Below the pieces are notes generated by a model that worked only from the letters and a program-made list of their open reading frames with translations, was not told where the DNA came from and did no database searches. DNA of 64,000 bases from Carcharhinus amblyrhynchos (taxonomy: Eukaryota). The translations under genes and the position numbers were made by a program. Below, one piece after another: positions 46,411-58,905 of the stretch (position 1 is the first letter of the stretch; every line of letters begins with the position of its first letter). The DNA lies in contig OZ336879.1 of the NCBI GenBank assembly GCA_965287045.1, positions 35,774,001-35,838,000 on the forward strand, read 5' to 3'.

Positions 46411-48318
46411 GACAGTGCTCACACTGACTGGTTGAAGTTACGTTTGGAACATTGCACTGCTTGATTACTACTCAATTTACATCTTAGGCAAAATGCTGAA
46501 TCAGTTTTGTCCAATTGTACATCCTTTTACCCTGAGTTTTCAGTGCAATTATCGCCAAATCAAAACATCATTGGCAACAAATGTAGCCAATCTTGATGGT
46601 GGATACTTTGAGATGCAGAAGCCATAGAAACCTGCTCTCTGTCCACGTGAAACCTACTTGTTCATCACTGATGATATTGGGTCCAATTTTAATACTGGGT
46701 TTTAAATGGGTTCAAATTGGGTCCAACTGTTTCTGGATTTAACTATTGTAAATCCTGGAAACCTTGTGTTCCATGCTGGTCTGCATTAATCACACAAAAC
46801 AAAACGCAATGAAGTTTACTTCATTGACATACTTCAGTTTAAGCTACCTTGTTCTATTTTTGTTTTAGACTGCTGGTTAATGCTGCAATATCCCTGCACA
46901 GCATTAAAATCTTACAAATCACAAATGTCTTTGTTTATGAAATTATCCAACAATGCAGCTATATTTTAAGGATTATTTCTCACTTTGGAAATAAAATTGG
47001 AATCCTCGAAAGGATATTATGATCAAACACATGACGAAAATCATTCCATTAACTGCAGCGTAAGAAATCAAAATCAGGATCAGTTTTGCAAGGCTTTTCC
47101 TGCTTAGAATCAACATATTCAAGGCTAATTTGATTTAAGTGAGAAAGAGGAATCTATGAATTGATAAAAGGCTTAAATTTCCCAGTGCGCTGAGAACGGT
47201 GCTGAATCACAGTAATTTCATATCACATGGGAAGCACTTAATGCCAAGCAATGGGAGGGTTCCTTGTATCTTCATGTTATGCTCCACAATTTTTAATTAG
47301 TATTATAGCCTGATACAATCTTATACTGGGACTTCTTTTAATGGAGGATCTAATCTCCTCTGCTCCAAGTCAGCTTCCAAAATGATATCATCATGTGGCA
47401 ATGTGTGAGATATCAAAATCTGAGTGCTGAGCACACAATCTATATTAAATTGTCTACCATACCTTAATCAGAGGTACGGAAACAAGTGGCAGGGGAAGCA
47501 GTGTCACATTCTTCCATTCAAAAATGTTAGCTCACGGAAAATTGTACATCAGTGGCCGACTAGATTATATTACTCTTATCCACCGTTTTAATTAGTTTAC
47601 AGTTGCATCATTTCATATAATTAAATCAAACTGCCTGCTTGCCTTTCTGATGCACAATTATGTGCTGATTAACTCTCTAACAATCCAATTGTTTCAATAA
47701 TGTTTGCTGAAGATTGTTCATTCTAATAATCGCCTACAAAATAAAAATCATTGCTGATAGCAACACAAGAGGTTAGCAACCACTGATAAACATCACTGTG
47801 TGGTAGAAGACCCATTACCGAATCAAAATTTTAATGCCAGAACTAGCCCATTAAATGGGTTACTGTTGGTAACAAAATGGTGACGATCAAAACTATCCGG
47901 GTTTGCCTTCCTCATTCACATTCACTGCCATGAAATATCGCTCAAAGAAACTGCCATGCTAAAAATGATTCTCCAAACTGCAAGTACAAAAAAGTAGCAA
48001 TCAGGATGTCTGGCTTGTGATTATCTAATCTGTCACTGGAAGCTGTAATCTAATCAGGGTGAGAGGTGTTGGGATAACTGTCCAGACAACACTTACAGAT
48101 TACTTTTAGTTTAAAAGATTACCTCATTTTGTTGATTCGATCACAGCTAGCAAGACATTCTTTGATAATCACTAAGCTCTGGACTCCTATTTCATCTTCA
48201 AGTTCCAGGAAGTCAGTGATTCAGTGGGTTAGTTCAGATTATCATTTTATCTATGAAATCCAGAATTCAAATCCACAAGAATGGATGCATGTGGTGTGGA
48301 ACTTGGACACATTCAATC

Positions 48319-48661
48319 CATAGACCATAGAACCCTACAGTGCAGAAAGAGGCCCTTCGGCCCATCGAGTCTGCACCAAACACAATCCCACCCATGCCCT
48401 ATCCCCATATCCCAACAGGTTAACCTGCTAATCCCTCTAACCTACGCATCTTAGGACACTAAGCGGCAATTTTAGCATGGCCAATCAACCTAACCTGCAC
48501 ATCTTTGGGCTGTGGGAGGAAACCGGAGCACCCGGAGGAAACCCACGCAGGCACGAGGAGAATGTGCAAACTCCACACAGACAGTGACCCGAGCTGGGAA
48601 TCGAACCCAGGTCCCTGGAGCTGTGAAGCAGCAGTGCTAACCACTGTGCTACCGTGCCACC
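48319..48661 (-). mobile_element. HE1-type V-SINE, full length
   Basis: Same structure as 30054-30397. Confidence 0.9.
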
Positions 48662-48712
48662 TCGCTTATGTGCTTATGCCATGGCACATAAACTCCTAAA
48701 CCATGGCATGTT

Positions 48713-49330
48713 GAAAGCAGTCCAGAGGAGGTTTACCAGACTAATACTTGGAATGGGTGGGTTGTCTTATCAGGAAAGGTTGGATAGGCTAGGCTTCTAT
48801 CCATTGAAGTTGAGGTGTAAAAGGTGATTTGATTGAAACATACAAGATTCTGAAGGGTAAAAACAAAAATACTGCAGATGCTGGAATCTGAAACAAAAAC
48901 AGAAAATGCTGGAAAATCTCGGCAGGTCTGACAGCATCTATGGGGAAAGCATAGAGCTAATGTTGAGTCCAGATGACCCTTTGTCAGAGCTCAATGGCAG
49001 AGGCTCTGACGAAAGCTCAAGCAGACTCGAAACATTGGCTCTATTCAGTAGAGGTCACTGAAAATAGTGGTCACTCATGTAAGACAGTGATGAACTGACT
49101 TCTTTTCTCTCACAGGGTTGAGAGTTTTTTGGAACTCTCTTCCTCAAAAGGCGATGGAAGCAGAGTCTTCAAATATTTTTAAGGCTGAGCTGGATAGATT
49201 CTTAGTAAGCAAGGGGGTGAAAGGTTATGAGTGTAGGTGAGAATGTGGAGTTGAGATAACAATCAGCCATGATCTTATTGAATGGCGGAGTAGGCTGGAG
49301 GGCTGAGTGACCTTCACCTGCTCCTACTTT
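48713..49330 (+). mobile_element. CR1 LINE 3' end interrupted by a Penelope-like element
   Basis: KAVQRRFTRLILGMGGLSYQERLDRLG up to 48858; resumes ~49100 with FFSHRV; tail ATCAGCCATGATCTTATTGAATGGCGGAG. Confidence 0.85.
48859..49046. mobile_element. Penelope-like fold-back insertion (family B)
   Basis: AAAATACTGCAGATGCTGGAATCTGAAACAAAAACAGAAAATGCTGGAAAATCTC..GAGTCCAGATGACCCTTTGTCAGAGC, then inverted GCTCTGACGAAAGCTC..GACTCGAAACATTGGCTCTA. Confidence 0.8.
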
Positions 49331-50072
49331 TGTTCATGCAGTACATGTCAGCATTAAGCTGGCAAACTCAGAAGTAGAAAGGACCTCTTGTTGTAGAAAT
49401 ATAAAATATCAGCTACTGAAATGCTCTCTAAAGTTGGGGATTAAAGATCACTGCTAAGGCCCAGTATGAAGAATTATTTTTACACTTCTGCCAGAAATAC
49501 TTGAAGCTAATACTAGATGCCAGAAACATTCCTTACACTAATATTCCTCATCTTAACCAGTATGAGAAAATTGCCAGAACGCAAATGCTGATTACAATAA
49601 AGATTGGTGAAGAATTAGAAAGCTTATACATAGGTTAGTAACACTGGTACATTGGCACCAACTGAACAATGTCACCCAACTTGTGCCAAAAATGGTTATC
49701 AATGCCAACATGAACTGGAATGCCCAGTTCCTGTAGCACACTCATCTGATAGCAAAGCCTAGGGTCAGATTCCACTGGTTGGCAAGACAGCAACAAAAGG
49801 GAATAGGATAATGGCAATAAGAATGAAAGGAAAGGTTAGAACAAAAACCCTTAGATGGAAGGTGGAAAGAATGTTGGATTCTCTGTTCCCAACCTTTTGT
49901 TGAAAAAGAGTCCGTGGGGTAGGCTTTGACTCTGTACAATTGACGGCAAAAGAAAAGAAAAATCGAGATGTAAATTGAGCCGTTGTTTAGCTATTATTAC
50001 CCAGTTTACTATAGCACAAAGTCAAAATGCAGCCTTGTTTGTTCTTTTAAAAGAGAATGGAAACTGAGTGAG

Positions 50073-51420
50073 AGGGCGTTTTAGGTGGAGACCACCACCA
50101 GTTCAGACTTGACAGGGACCCAATTCTGTCCTGGGGCATTCTATGTAATCATTGGGGGGAATCTTATCGGTGTCAGGATCTGACAGATAACCTGCACGAA
50201 GTTCTTCAACTCCACAGACTCAGTTCTCTCCCGATTTTGAATAGTCAAAAAAGAAATGAGTGAGCTCTGGGAGGGCGGAGCCTCAGAGCAGGCAAGGCAC
50301 CCAAACACGAATAAAAGGCTAAACCCCACCCCCTACCTCGCTCTACCACAGAGACAGTATCAGGTCCTCTCTCTCCGTTACTTCCCCCCCACCCCCCAAA
50401 CAATTGTCACCAGTATTCCCATTACCCACACCCCACCCCCAACATGCACACAAACATCGCTGGCATTCCTATCTACTCTCCCCCCCCCACTAACAAACAC
50501 TGCCAGCATTCCCAATCACCAACCCCAACTATCCTTGGCATCCCCATCACTCTCAGTGCCCACTCTCCCCCTGCTGTCTCCCCCACTCCTGACCACACAA
50601 AATTTACCCCTCATCCATTGGGTTCTCACTCAGCCCACCCCAGCACAGGTTAGCATTGCCAGGCTGACATGGGAATCATAGAACTCTACAGTGCAGAGAG
50701 AGGCCCTTTAGCCCATCGAGTCTGCACCGAACACAATCCCACCCAGACCCTACCCCCATATCCCTACATATTATACCCACTAATCCTTCAATCCTGCGCA
50801 TCCCTGGACACTAAGGGGCAATTTCTTAGCATGGCCAATCAACCTAACCTGCACATCTTTGGACTGTGGGAGGAACCCGGAGTGCCCGGAGGAAACCCAC
50901 GAAGACACGAGGAGAACATGCAAATTCCACACAGCCAGTGACCTGAGCTGGGAATCGAACCCAGGTCCCTGGAGCTGTGAAGCAGCAGTGCTAACCACTA
51001 CGCTACCGTGCCGGGCTACTTGACATTGCCAAATTGTGCCGGGGAAGTGACCAGTCATGTTCCTCTTCCCCCAGCCCTCGGGGCTACGCTTACCTCTGCG
51101 CCCCCAACCATGTCGTTTGGCCAAACCTGTTGTGAACCATGAGGTGAATTCATGTAGTGGGATGGGGTGGCGGGGTGGCAGGGTGGGGGGGGGGGGGGGG
51201 GGCGCGGTGGGGGGCGCTGTTAATAAATCATTCAAATCTATTTAGATGAGATTCCCACTCTGTATGGACATAAACTTCGTGGCACTGTTGGCAAGGGGCA
51301 GGGAAAAAAAAAAAATCAGGAAACGTGATCTCTCCGAAGAGAACTACATTTCCCGATTTTCTCCAGATTTTGCACCCACGCCAGCGATCCTGCACAAGAA
51401 AGACTCAAAATCCAACCCCC
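50073..51420. mobile_element. Composite GC-rich MITE-like DNA element(s) with C-rich and G-rich tracts, hosting an HE1 insertion
   Basis: Local GC/CpG enrichment, GGCATTGCC-type repeats, AAAATCCAACCC terminus; similar in character to 54300-54980. Confidence 0.4.
50673..51012 (-). mobile_element. HE1-type V-SINE, full length
   Basis: Same structure as 30054-30397 and 48319-48661. Confidence 0.9.
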
Positions 51421-51952
51421 CGCCAATGCAAATGGAAATTATTTTTCTGTCTAGATTATATTTGATGCTAAACGGGATTAGCTTTTATCTGAGTTCAATG
51501 GACTCTTCCGAAATTTACGAAACTGAAGTGCAATTGCAGAAGTATTTGGAACTGGGCCAGCAAACAGATCACTTTCTATGTTCCTGATCTCGTTGCCTCA
51601 ACTCCAGCTGCTACACTTTAATTTGTTGCCAGACTACTGCTCTCTGTCGGTTTGACAAGTAACAATGCTGGTTTAGTGAATTTAAATGTGGCATTGTGAT
51701 ACTGAATTGCAGTAACATAGCATAACACTGATGCCTGACCAGCAAACTAGCCTGTTTGAAGAAAATAATCATTGTCTCTTTAACTGCCAGAAGATGCATT
51801 TGGCCTGATGGACGATATGTTATTAAATACATTTGTTAGTTTAGTAACATCATTTAGGCAGGAGGCTACAAGGAGACTATTTCTATTCCGATAGAAGATG
51901 GAATGGGAAGATCAAACTCCTGTAAAACTCTAGCTCAGTTAACATTTCCGGC

Positions 51953-52134
51953 GGACTGGGGACGGTATCTCATCTGCTTTCTTGCATCTTTGTAAAAACT
52001 TGATGTGTGTGTCGATATGCGCAATCTTCTTGCGGATCCTCTCCACTTGGATCCGGCAGTTTGTGGTGTCGATGGTAGTCAAGATGTAGAGGTGCCGGCG
52101 TTGGACCCAGTCCAACGCCAGCATCTCTATATCA
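51953..52134 (+). mobile_element. Penelope-like fold-back insertion (family A) carrying the inverted ORF N-terminus
   Basis: Perfect 13 bp TSD TAACATTTCCGGC (51940-51952, 52135-52147). Minus strand reads TTIDTTNCRIQVERIRKKIAHIDTHIKFLQRCKKADEIP. Terminal hairpin at 52083-52133. Confidence 0.85.
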
Positions 52135-52828
52135 TAACATTTCCGGCTGTAGCAACTGATTAGTGTATTTGACTGTCTCTGTAGATGCTTAACATTGGTG
52201 ATTACGTAACTGTGGGCCTCTCTGTAATTAGTTACCTGTCAGCATATGATTTGCATTTGAACAATTACCACTGGTAATCTGGATCATCATCTTTTACAGT
52301 TAGGGAGTTGGGAATGAAATGGGACTCAATGTACGAAGTCAGTCCTATTTTTAGAGTCTGCTAGTGGCAGCTTAACCAGGGATCATGGATCACTCCTCCT
52401 CAGGGGCTGCATTCCAACAAAAAAAGACATGGTATCATCTTTTTTCTTCCTAGTTACCCTTCAAATTTTCAGTAATTGTAATTTAAACTACCACTTCATT
52501 TTCTGAAATGTTGAACCTTTCAGCATTTAGTAGGTTTGATCACAATAAATGAATTAATCTCAACAATTCTTACTGATTATTGGTGCGGTGGGGGGAAGGT
52601 AGGGGAAACAATTTTTGTAACTGTAAGGAGTGACATTGAAATAACTAGAGACCAGTGTCCCTTCACCGAAACTGATTTACAAATGGTTTGCAATACTCAG
52701 GCAGGTACTTCCCAGTGCAGAGTATTCACCCCAAGTGCCAGTGACCCAGACACTGCACATTCCATACCTCTGTAGAGCTCCATGATTGGACAGCCTTAAC
52801 AGGCCTCAATTAGGGACATCTTTTGTTG

Positions 52829-52901
52829 TCCTTGCACAGGGGCCATGCTAATCTTCTCTGTATCGTTCAAATTTTAGTTTAAGTGCTGCCAAAGCGAACA
52901 C
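52829..52901 (-). pseudogene. 3'-truncated U6 snRNA retrocopy (U6 nt ~1-73)
   Basis: Minus strand GTGTTCGCTTTGGCAGCACTTAAACTAAAATTTGAACGATACAGAGAAGATTAGCATGGCCCCTGTGCAAGGA matches the U6 5' part, including the ACAGAGA box, with ~6 substitutions (two are CpG decay). The 3' third is missing. Confidence 0.93.
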
Positions 52902-54301
52902 CTCACATTCCAGCAGGTCCAAATCATGGACCTTTTCGAAGTCATGACAGGCATCTTATTGTTTTATTGGCTGCTAAAATTGTTGGTGGACAATCCTGTG
53001 TGTTCTCTTTTGCAGAGAATTTAAGTGTTGATCCACAATTAAAAGAATGTACTACAGCTTTCAATGTGGAGCATATGAAGCAATGCCAGAACATGTTGCA
53101 ATATCCTTCCTGAAGCCCTATCGAGTTATTCTGCATTTACATTCATGAGGTCAGGTGCCCTCTCTTCAGTATAGCCAATAAATACTTCAGCACTGATCCT
53201 AGGAGATAGAGTTTACATGGCTCTTATTAGAGACAAGAAAGCTGTACAGCAGAAGATTAACTATTTCTGTAAGCTGTTCATTTTTAAATCACGCAGGTTT
53301 GTGAGCAGCATACTTGCAATGAGAGTCATTCGGCATGAAAGCAAATTTTTCACAGAATTAAAATTTCCCAAAGGCAAGCGCCCAGTCTTCTGCAGGTTTG
53401 CACGAAAACATCAGCCTAATGCTCACATTCAGGGCAAAGGTTTTACATCATTTGTTAAACTCCATCGAAATGCCTCAATGTCATATACTGATTGTAGAAA
53501 ACATCCACCTTTATTAAAATCATCTCTCCACACAAAATAGCAGTTCATGCTATTTTCCTGCACTTATACTAGTTTTTTTTAGTGTAGACACAAACCTAAA
53601 CCATTTAGATTAGCAGCGTCCACAGTCCCTATACATGGTGCTTCACAACTTTTCTTTAAAATTCTTACTTCAACTAGCACTCATTTCTTCAATTGTTTTC
53701 TCATGCCATCATAAAATTTACATTCAAAATTGAAAAGCAACTCCAAATTTATTCTCTAAATTGTGTTTGTGGAGTGCTACTTCTGGTAATGCTGTAGACA
53801 TATAGTAGCTCCCAGGGACAGTGCATGGGCTGCTACCTGTACAGCTAGTGGCATTTAGAAACATCAATGGGGATCGCAATGTGGGCCATACATGTAGCTG
53901 GCCATGATATTGCCTGTTCCGGGAAACCAATGTGATCCAAGGAGTATCATTGGAACGTAATGCAAATAATTTCTCCTCCATGATGTCTGAGGTATGTAAC
54001 AGTGGTTTGATGGCTTTAAATTTAAATTTTCATAGATAATGAGGGATGTCATGAAAAAAGTATTGATTTAATTCTGTATTTTCCTCAGGCCCCAGCTGTT
54101 TATGCTGATTTCTGCTTGGTTTTACGATCTGATGTAGACGAATGAGATTGGTAATTTTGGCACAGATACTGATTGGCAACTTTGGCACAGAATCTGACTT
54201 TTTTTGGGCATATCCAGGAAACTTCTGCCTGCATTAAATACAAAATCCTCTTGTATGCTGCACACAAGTCCTGGAATGATGGAGACATTCTCAACTCAAC
54301 T

Positions 54302-54977
54302 GGTGGGGTTCTCCCAAAAATATTTTAAGTGCCAAATTTGCGTATAACCTGGAGTAAATCCAGATTTTTGTCAGCGGGATTTTCAAAATGAATGTCCCAT
54401 ACTCTCCACCTCCCCACCCCACCCCCAGACCCCCTCCCCACTCCTGATCGCTGGCCTACTGGTGTGTCCAGGCCAGCTCTGAACCACCCCCCCCACAACC
54501 CACCCCCTCCGGTCCCGGTACTCCTGATCTACCGATTCCACCCCCCCCAATACTTCAATGGCCAGCCCCAGTTGTTGGCCTCCCTCTTTCTGTCCACGAT
54601 CCCTAGTGCAGAGTGGCAGTGGGACCCCCCCACCTCTGCCGAACTAACCCCCCGAGAGCCTGGCCCATTAGGCACCATCCCCTTTCAGGCCACACCCTCC
54701 TGCACTATTGATACCTGGTGGGCAGTACCAACGTGCCCACTGGGCATTGCCACTTTGCCCCCTTGGGCAGTGCCAGGGGCCAGGCCTGCTAATGATAGGA
54801 GAGTGCACATTAACATAATTTATTCAGTCTGGCATGGAGTTGTCAACATTGAAAATCCAGCAGCCAGGAGACGCGGAGGCCATGGTGCCCTCTGGGAAGC
54901 CTGCTAAACGGCCTGCTCTCAAAAATCCCAAACCACTGTGCTGCTGGAGCAGTGCAGAGGTCTGGGAGAATCACCCA
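54302..54977. mobile_element. MITE-like DNA element (Harbinger-type)
   Basis: Termini GGTGGGGTTCTCCCA ... TGGGAGAATCACCCA; C-rich interior with GGGCAGTGCCA repeats. Confidence 0.55.
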
Positions 54978-55221
54978 ACATCACTGTCGGCAAACCACAG
55001 GCCAAAATTCAAAGCCAGAAGGTTCCATTTTGCTTGGCAAACATAAGGCTCTGCTCTGCATACTGTCTTCTGAGCATAATTTTGTATCCATTTATGTCTA
55101 ATAAAAATGGTGAATTTAAATGTACAAGTCGTGCTATTATTAAATGTCCAACCTGTGCTGAGTGATTAAACAGAGGCCATAACAATGTGAGGAAATGACT
55201 TCATAAAATTCCAACAATGCA

Positions 55222-55903
55222 TGAGGCGGCCATTTGGCCCATCAAGCCTGCAGCAACAACAATCCTACCCAGGCCTCTACTTTCTCAGGAGGCCAGGGAA
55301 ATTTGACATGTCTGCTACAACACTCACCAACTTTTACAGATTCACCACAGAAAGCATCCTTTCTGGTTGCATCACAGTTTGGTACGGCCCCTGCACTGTC
55401 CAAGACTGCAATAAACTACAAAGGGTCATGACGAAACCCAGTCTATCACGCAAACCAGCCTCCCATCCATTGACTCTGACTATGCTTACTGCTGCCTCGG
55501 AAAAGCAGCCAGCATAATCAAAGACCCCACGCACCCAGACATTCTCTCTTCCACCTTCTTTCATCAGGAAAAATATACACAAGTCTGAGGTCACATACTA
55601 ACTGACTCAAGAACAGCTTCTTCCCTGCTGCCATCAGACTTTTGAATGGACCTACCTTATTAAGTTGACCTTTCTCTACACCCTAGCTATGACTGAAACA
55701 CTACATTCTGCACCCTCTCCTTTTCTGCTTCATGTACATACACTTCGTCTGTATAGAATGCAAGAAACAATACTTTTTACTGTATACTATTATATGTGAC
55801 AGTAAATCAAATCAAAACATGCAAACTCCACATAGACAGTGATCCAAGGTGTAATCAAACCCGGGTCCCTCGCGCTGTGAGGCAGTAGTGCTAACCACTG
55901 CCC
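55222..55903 (-). mobile_element. HE1 SINE split by a Rex1 insertion (tail 55222-55273, head 55816-55903)
   Basis: GGCCATTTGGCCCATC..ACAATCCTACCCAGGCC and TGCAAACTCCACATAGACAGTG..GCTGTGAGGCAGTAGTGCTAACCACTG. Confidence 0.7.
55274..55815 (+). mobile_element. Rex1/Babar LINE 3' fragment
   Basis: LYFLRR.GKFDMSATTLTNFYRFTTESILSGCITVWYG..QDCNKLQRV; NSFFPAAIRLLN; (CAAAT)n tail. Confidence 0.88.
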
Positions 55904-58900
55904 CACCCCTTAAATAACAATAGCAAACTTTTGCAGGAGTGATTGGATTTAATTATAAATGGCATGGAACAAAACCTTTCCAAGCAAATGCTGACATGTT
56001 CATACACTCTACCCACCTTGTCCATATAACTACATTGTAAAAGGATTCACGAAATGTGTGTAGTTATAACTTCTTGAAAGTATTATTTTTGTTTGAAAAG
56101 ACACAAAGTGAGAATTGGAATGATAATAAAGTGAGATGGATAAAAAAAATCTGTCAAAACCAAAATGGAGAAAGCAAATAAAGAGATAAAGAAATACTCT
56201 CCACTTCACTATTCTCTCCCTTGTACTGTCATGTTTCCAGGTATCCTTTTTGCCAAAAGGCACTAGAAAGGAGCAGGCGAACGCTTGAGAGAAAGTAGCT
56301 GGATTACTTCACCTTCCACAAAAATAAGATTCCAACAATTATTTTTGGAGCTTTCATCAAACACGTGTCACTTTGAAAGACAAGGATTTGTTGTCCTTGT
56401 CCAAAAGAAAAATCCCAAATGTTGTTAGCTAGTATCCTTATTATGGTTCCTCTTCATTATAATTTAAAAGAACAGGGGATTAACAAAGGTGAAGTAACAT
56501 AGCAAATTAAACTGGTGAGACACCTCCCAACTGATATTAAGCCACGTTCCAGAAAGTTAATGGATTGCTGTGGATTTGTGATAGGAGCACAAGGCTTCTG
56601 AGGCGAAGCTGGACATTCTGAACAGAGGCTCTGATCCAGTCAGGGAGACCAACTGCTGCTTATACAGAAAGGCAGCAGATGCTAGGCTCTTACAAAACGT
56701 AAATAGATAGCTGCTTATAACTAGAACTGAAAGCTGCCTTCTAACGAACTGTGTAGAGGGGCAAACAACTCCACATGGACTTCAATGAGCTTTCCTTTAA
56801 CAAAGTGTCTAACGTTGTAGGGCAAAGGAAGCCAGATGGATCTTAATGAAAGTATTACACAAGCATGGAAGCAGCCTCCTGCTCTGATGGAGAAATAGGT
56901 CTGGACGTGATTCCAGCATTTTCAGCTCCAACAAGCTACAGCCTGGCACAGCTCCCAAGGCCTAGACTATATAGTGGCAGCTAGTGAAATGGCTCTGTGT
57001 TTACTTTGATGAGTTACAATACAATTATTCCAGACATTGACTATCAACAGTTCGGAAACAAATTAATTTCCAGTGATGAGACAGACTCAAAGAATGTACT
57101 TATATAAATATTTATACAAATTAATATTACAACAAGAATTCTTCAACATGACAAAAATCTATTAATGTGGTTAAAAAAATTAAACTATTAAATGTTCTTA
57201 CATAAACAATTACTCCTAAAATTCCCAAGACACTTACTTAAATTGCTCGGCCAAACCAAACAGTTTATTTCAGTGTGTTTAGCTGGTTAATAAAGACTAA
57301 ATGCTTGAAGCTAGAAATACACAGAAGGTTTTGGCTCTTCAAGATTAATGCTTGTGACCATAAAACATCCCAGTCTTTGAGTGACTGGGTGACACTTAAA
57401 ATGGGATTCCCATTGCAACTTTTATTTGTTGCTGCCTTCACCACAGAGATTATAAGAATTGTTTTTGCTTTAATTACAAGAGAAAAAAATCAGACATGAG
57501 CTAAGTTAGTTTTTAAAGGTCTATAACATTGCTCTTGCTACAACTAAAATTTGTCATAATTTAAGTCTCAATTGAAGTCATCATTTTATATATGTGTATG
57601 ATTTAAAAATGTATAGAGAAACGACTGCATAAAATAATTTGTAAACTGAAAGGTAACTCGAGATTTTGGATACTGTACAATTTAAGTCATATTTAAGACA
57701 ATAAACTTGATAGTAATTTTAAGTTCTTTGTTATTGATGACATACAGATGCTATCAAAAACATAACCTATACAGGTATCACACTGAAAATCATCCATTTC
57801 AGGTAGAAAGAGCTATCACTAATAGCATTGATACAAACATCATTTTATCTTCATGTTGCTTTGACAAGACCATGGAGCGAAGTGTGCAATGATATATCTG
57901 ACGAGGACAATGAATAGAGCCAGGGGATTATTCTGCTAGTCATCATTGTAACCTTGGCTCAAAGGTTGTTCAAAGATTATGGCAAATTCAAGTTGGCCTG
58001 CTAAAAACATGAAAACACAAGGATTTCAAGAAGCAAGAACTGCCACTCCCTTTGATATTTAACATGGCTTGCTCCGTGCTACAAAGCAAATACCTTGTGA
58101 GCTGCCCCTGACCAAACACAGTCAATAAGGTTAATACAAACTGTTTGGATGTGATTTGTTCAAACAGAAAGGATAGGTCTTACAATGTTTTCCCGCATCA
58201 TACTGGGAAAAGCAGCCTTTGATATGCATGAGTAAAGATTAAAAAGGAATTCAGCGAGCGGTTCCACAGTAGATGGTGACTTAGTGCAGAAAGAATCCAT
58301 CCAACAGGGAATGTATTTCTGCAGAACTTGCTAATTTTCATGGTTTTAAATACCATTAATTTTGTTTAATGGAAATAATAAAAAAGATACAGTTCAGGCA
58401 CCATTGAAACAAAAGCAATTGTTTCCTTCATCTTGTAGTGACATTATGAGGTGGGATGGGAATGAGGATTGTTAAAGTCAATGGCAATTTTTCATCTGGA
58501 ACATCTTCCTCAGAGGCTCACCTGCAAGAAGCAGAGTAAGCACAATACTACTGATTTGATGTCCATTGGCATATAGGTCCGGGTTCCCAATATGGGAGCT
58601 TCTCGGCAGATGGAATTCTGTGTCCGCAAGGATGAAGATGAAAATAACAGTAAATCAACTATTTACAATTTGAATCCAATGATTACTTCTCAGTTCTCGT
58701 GAGGTGCCAAATCTACATAAATGTGAGCAAAATTGTTCATCTTGCCATGGAGTGCATAAACATTGGGCAAAGCCAGTAGTGAAAATATTGATTTACCTAC
58801 TAGCTATTGCATGTGCTCAGCCTCTCTTATTTGCGCTTGTAACTAGACACATGCAGTGGCTATGAAGAAATGAAACAAATTCCACTGCTGGCGCACCTAA

Positions 58901-58905
58901 GACAT

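Noticed and set aside
51159-51216. G-tract able to form a G-quadruplex
   Set aside because: Homopolymer expansion inside a repeat; its length is assembly-sensitive and there is no evidence of function.
50256-51235. Long Pro/Thr-rich ORFs (141-151 aa; also 171 aa at 54392-54907)
   Set aside because: They arise from C-rich low-complexity repeat interiors and SINE sequence with few stop codons; no domain signature.
52829-52901. Functional U6 snRNA gene
   Set aside because: Lacks the 3' third and the oligo-T terminator, shows CpG decay, and has no evident TATA/PSE upstream.
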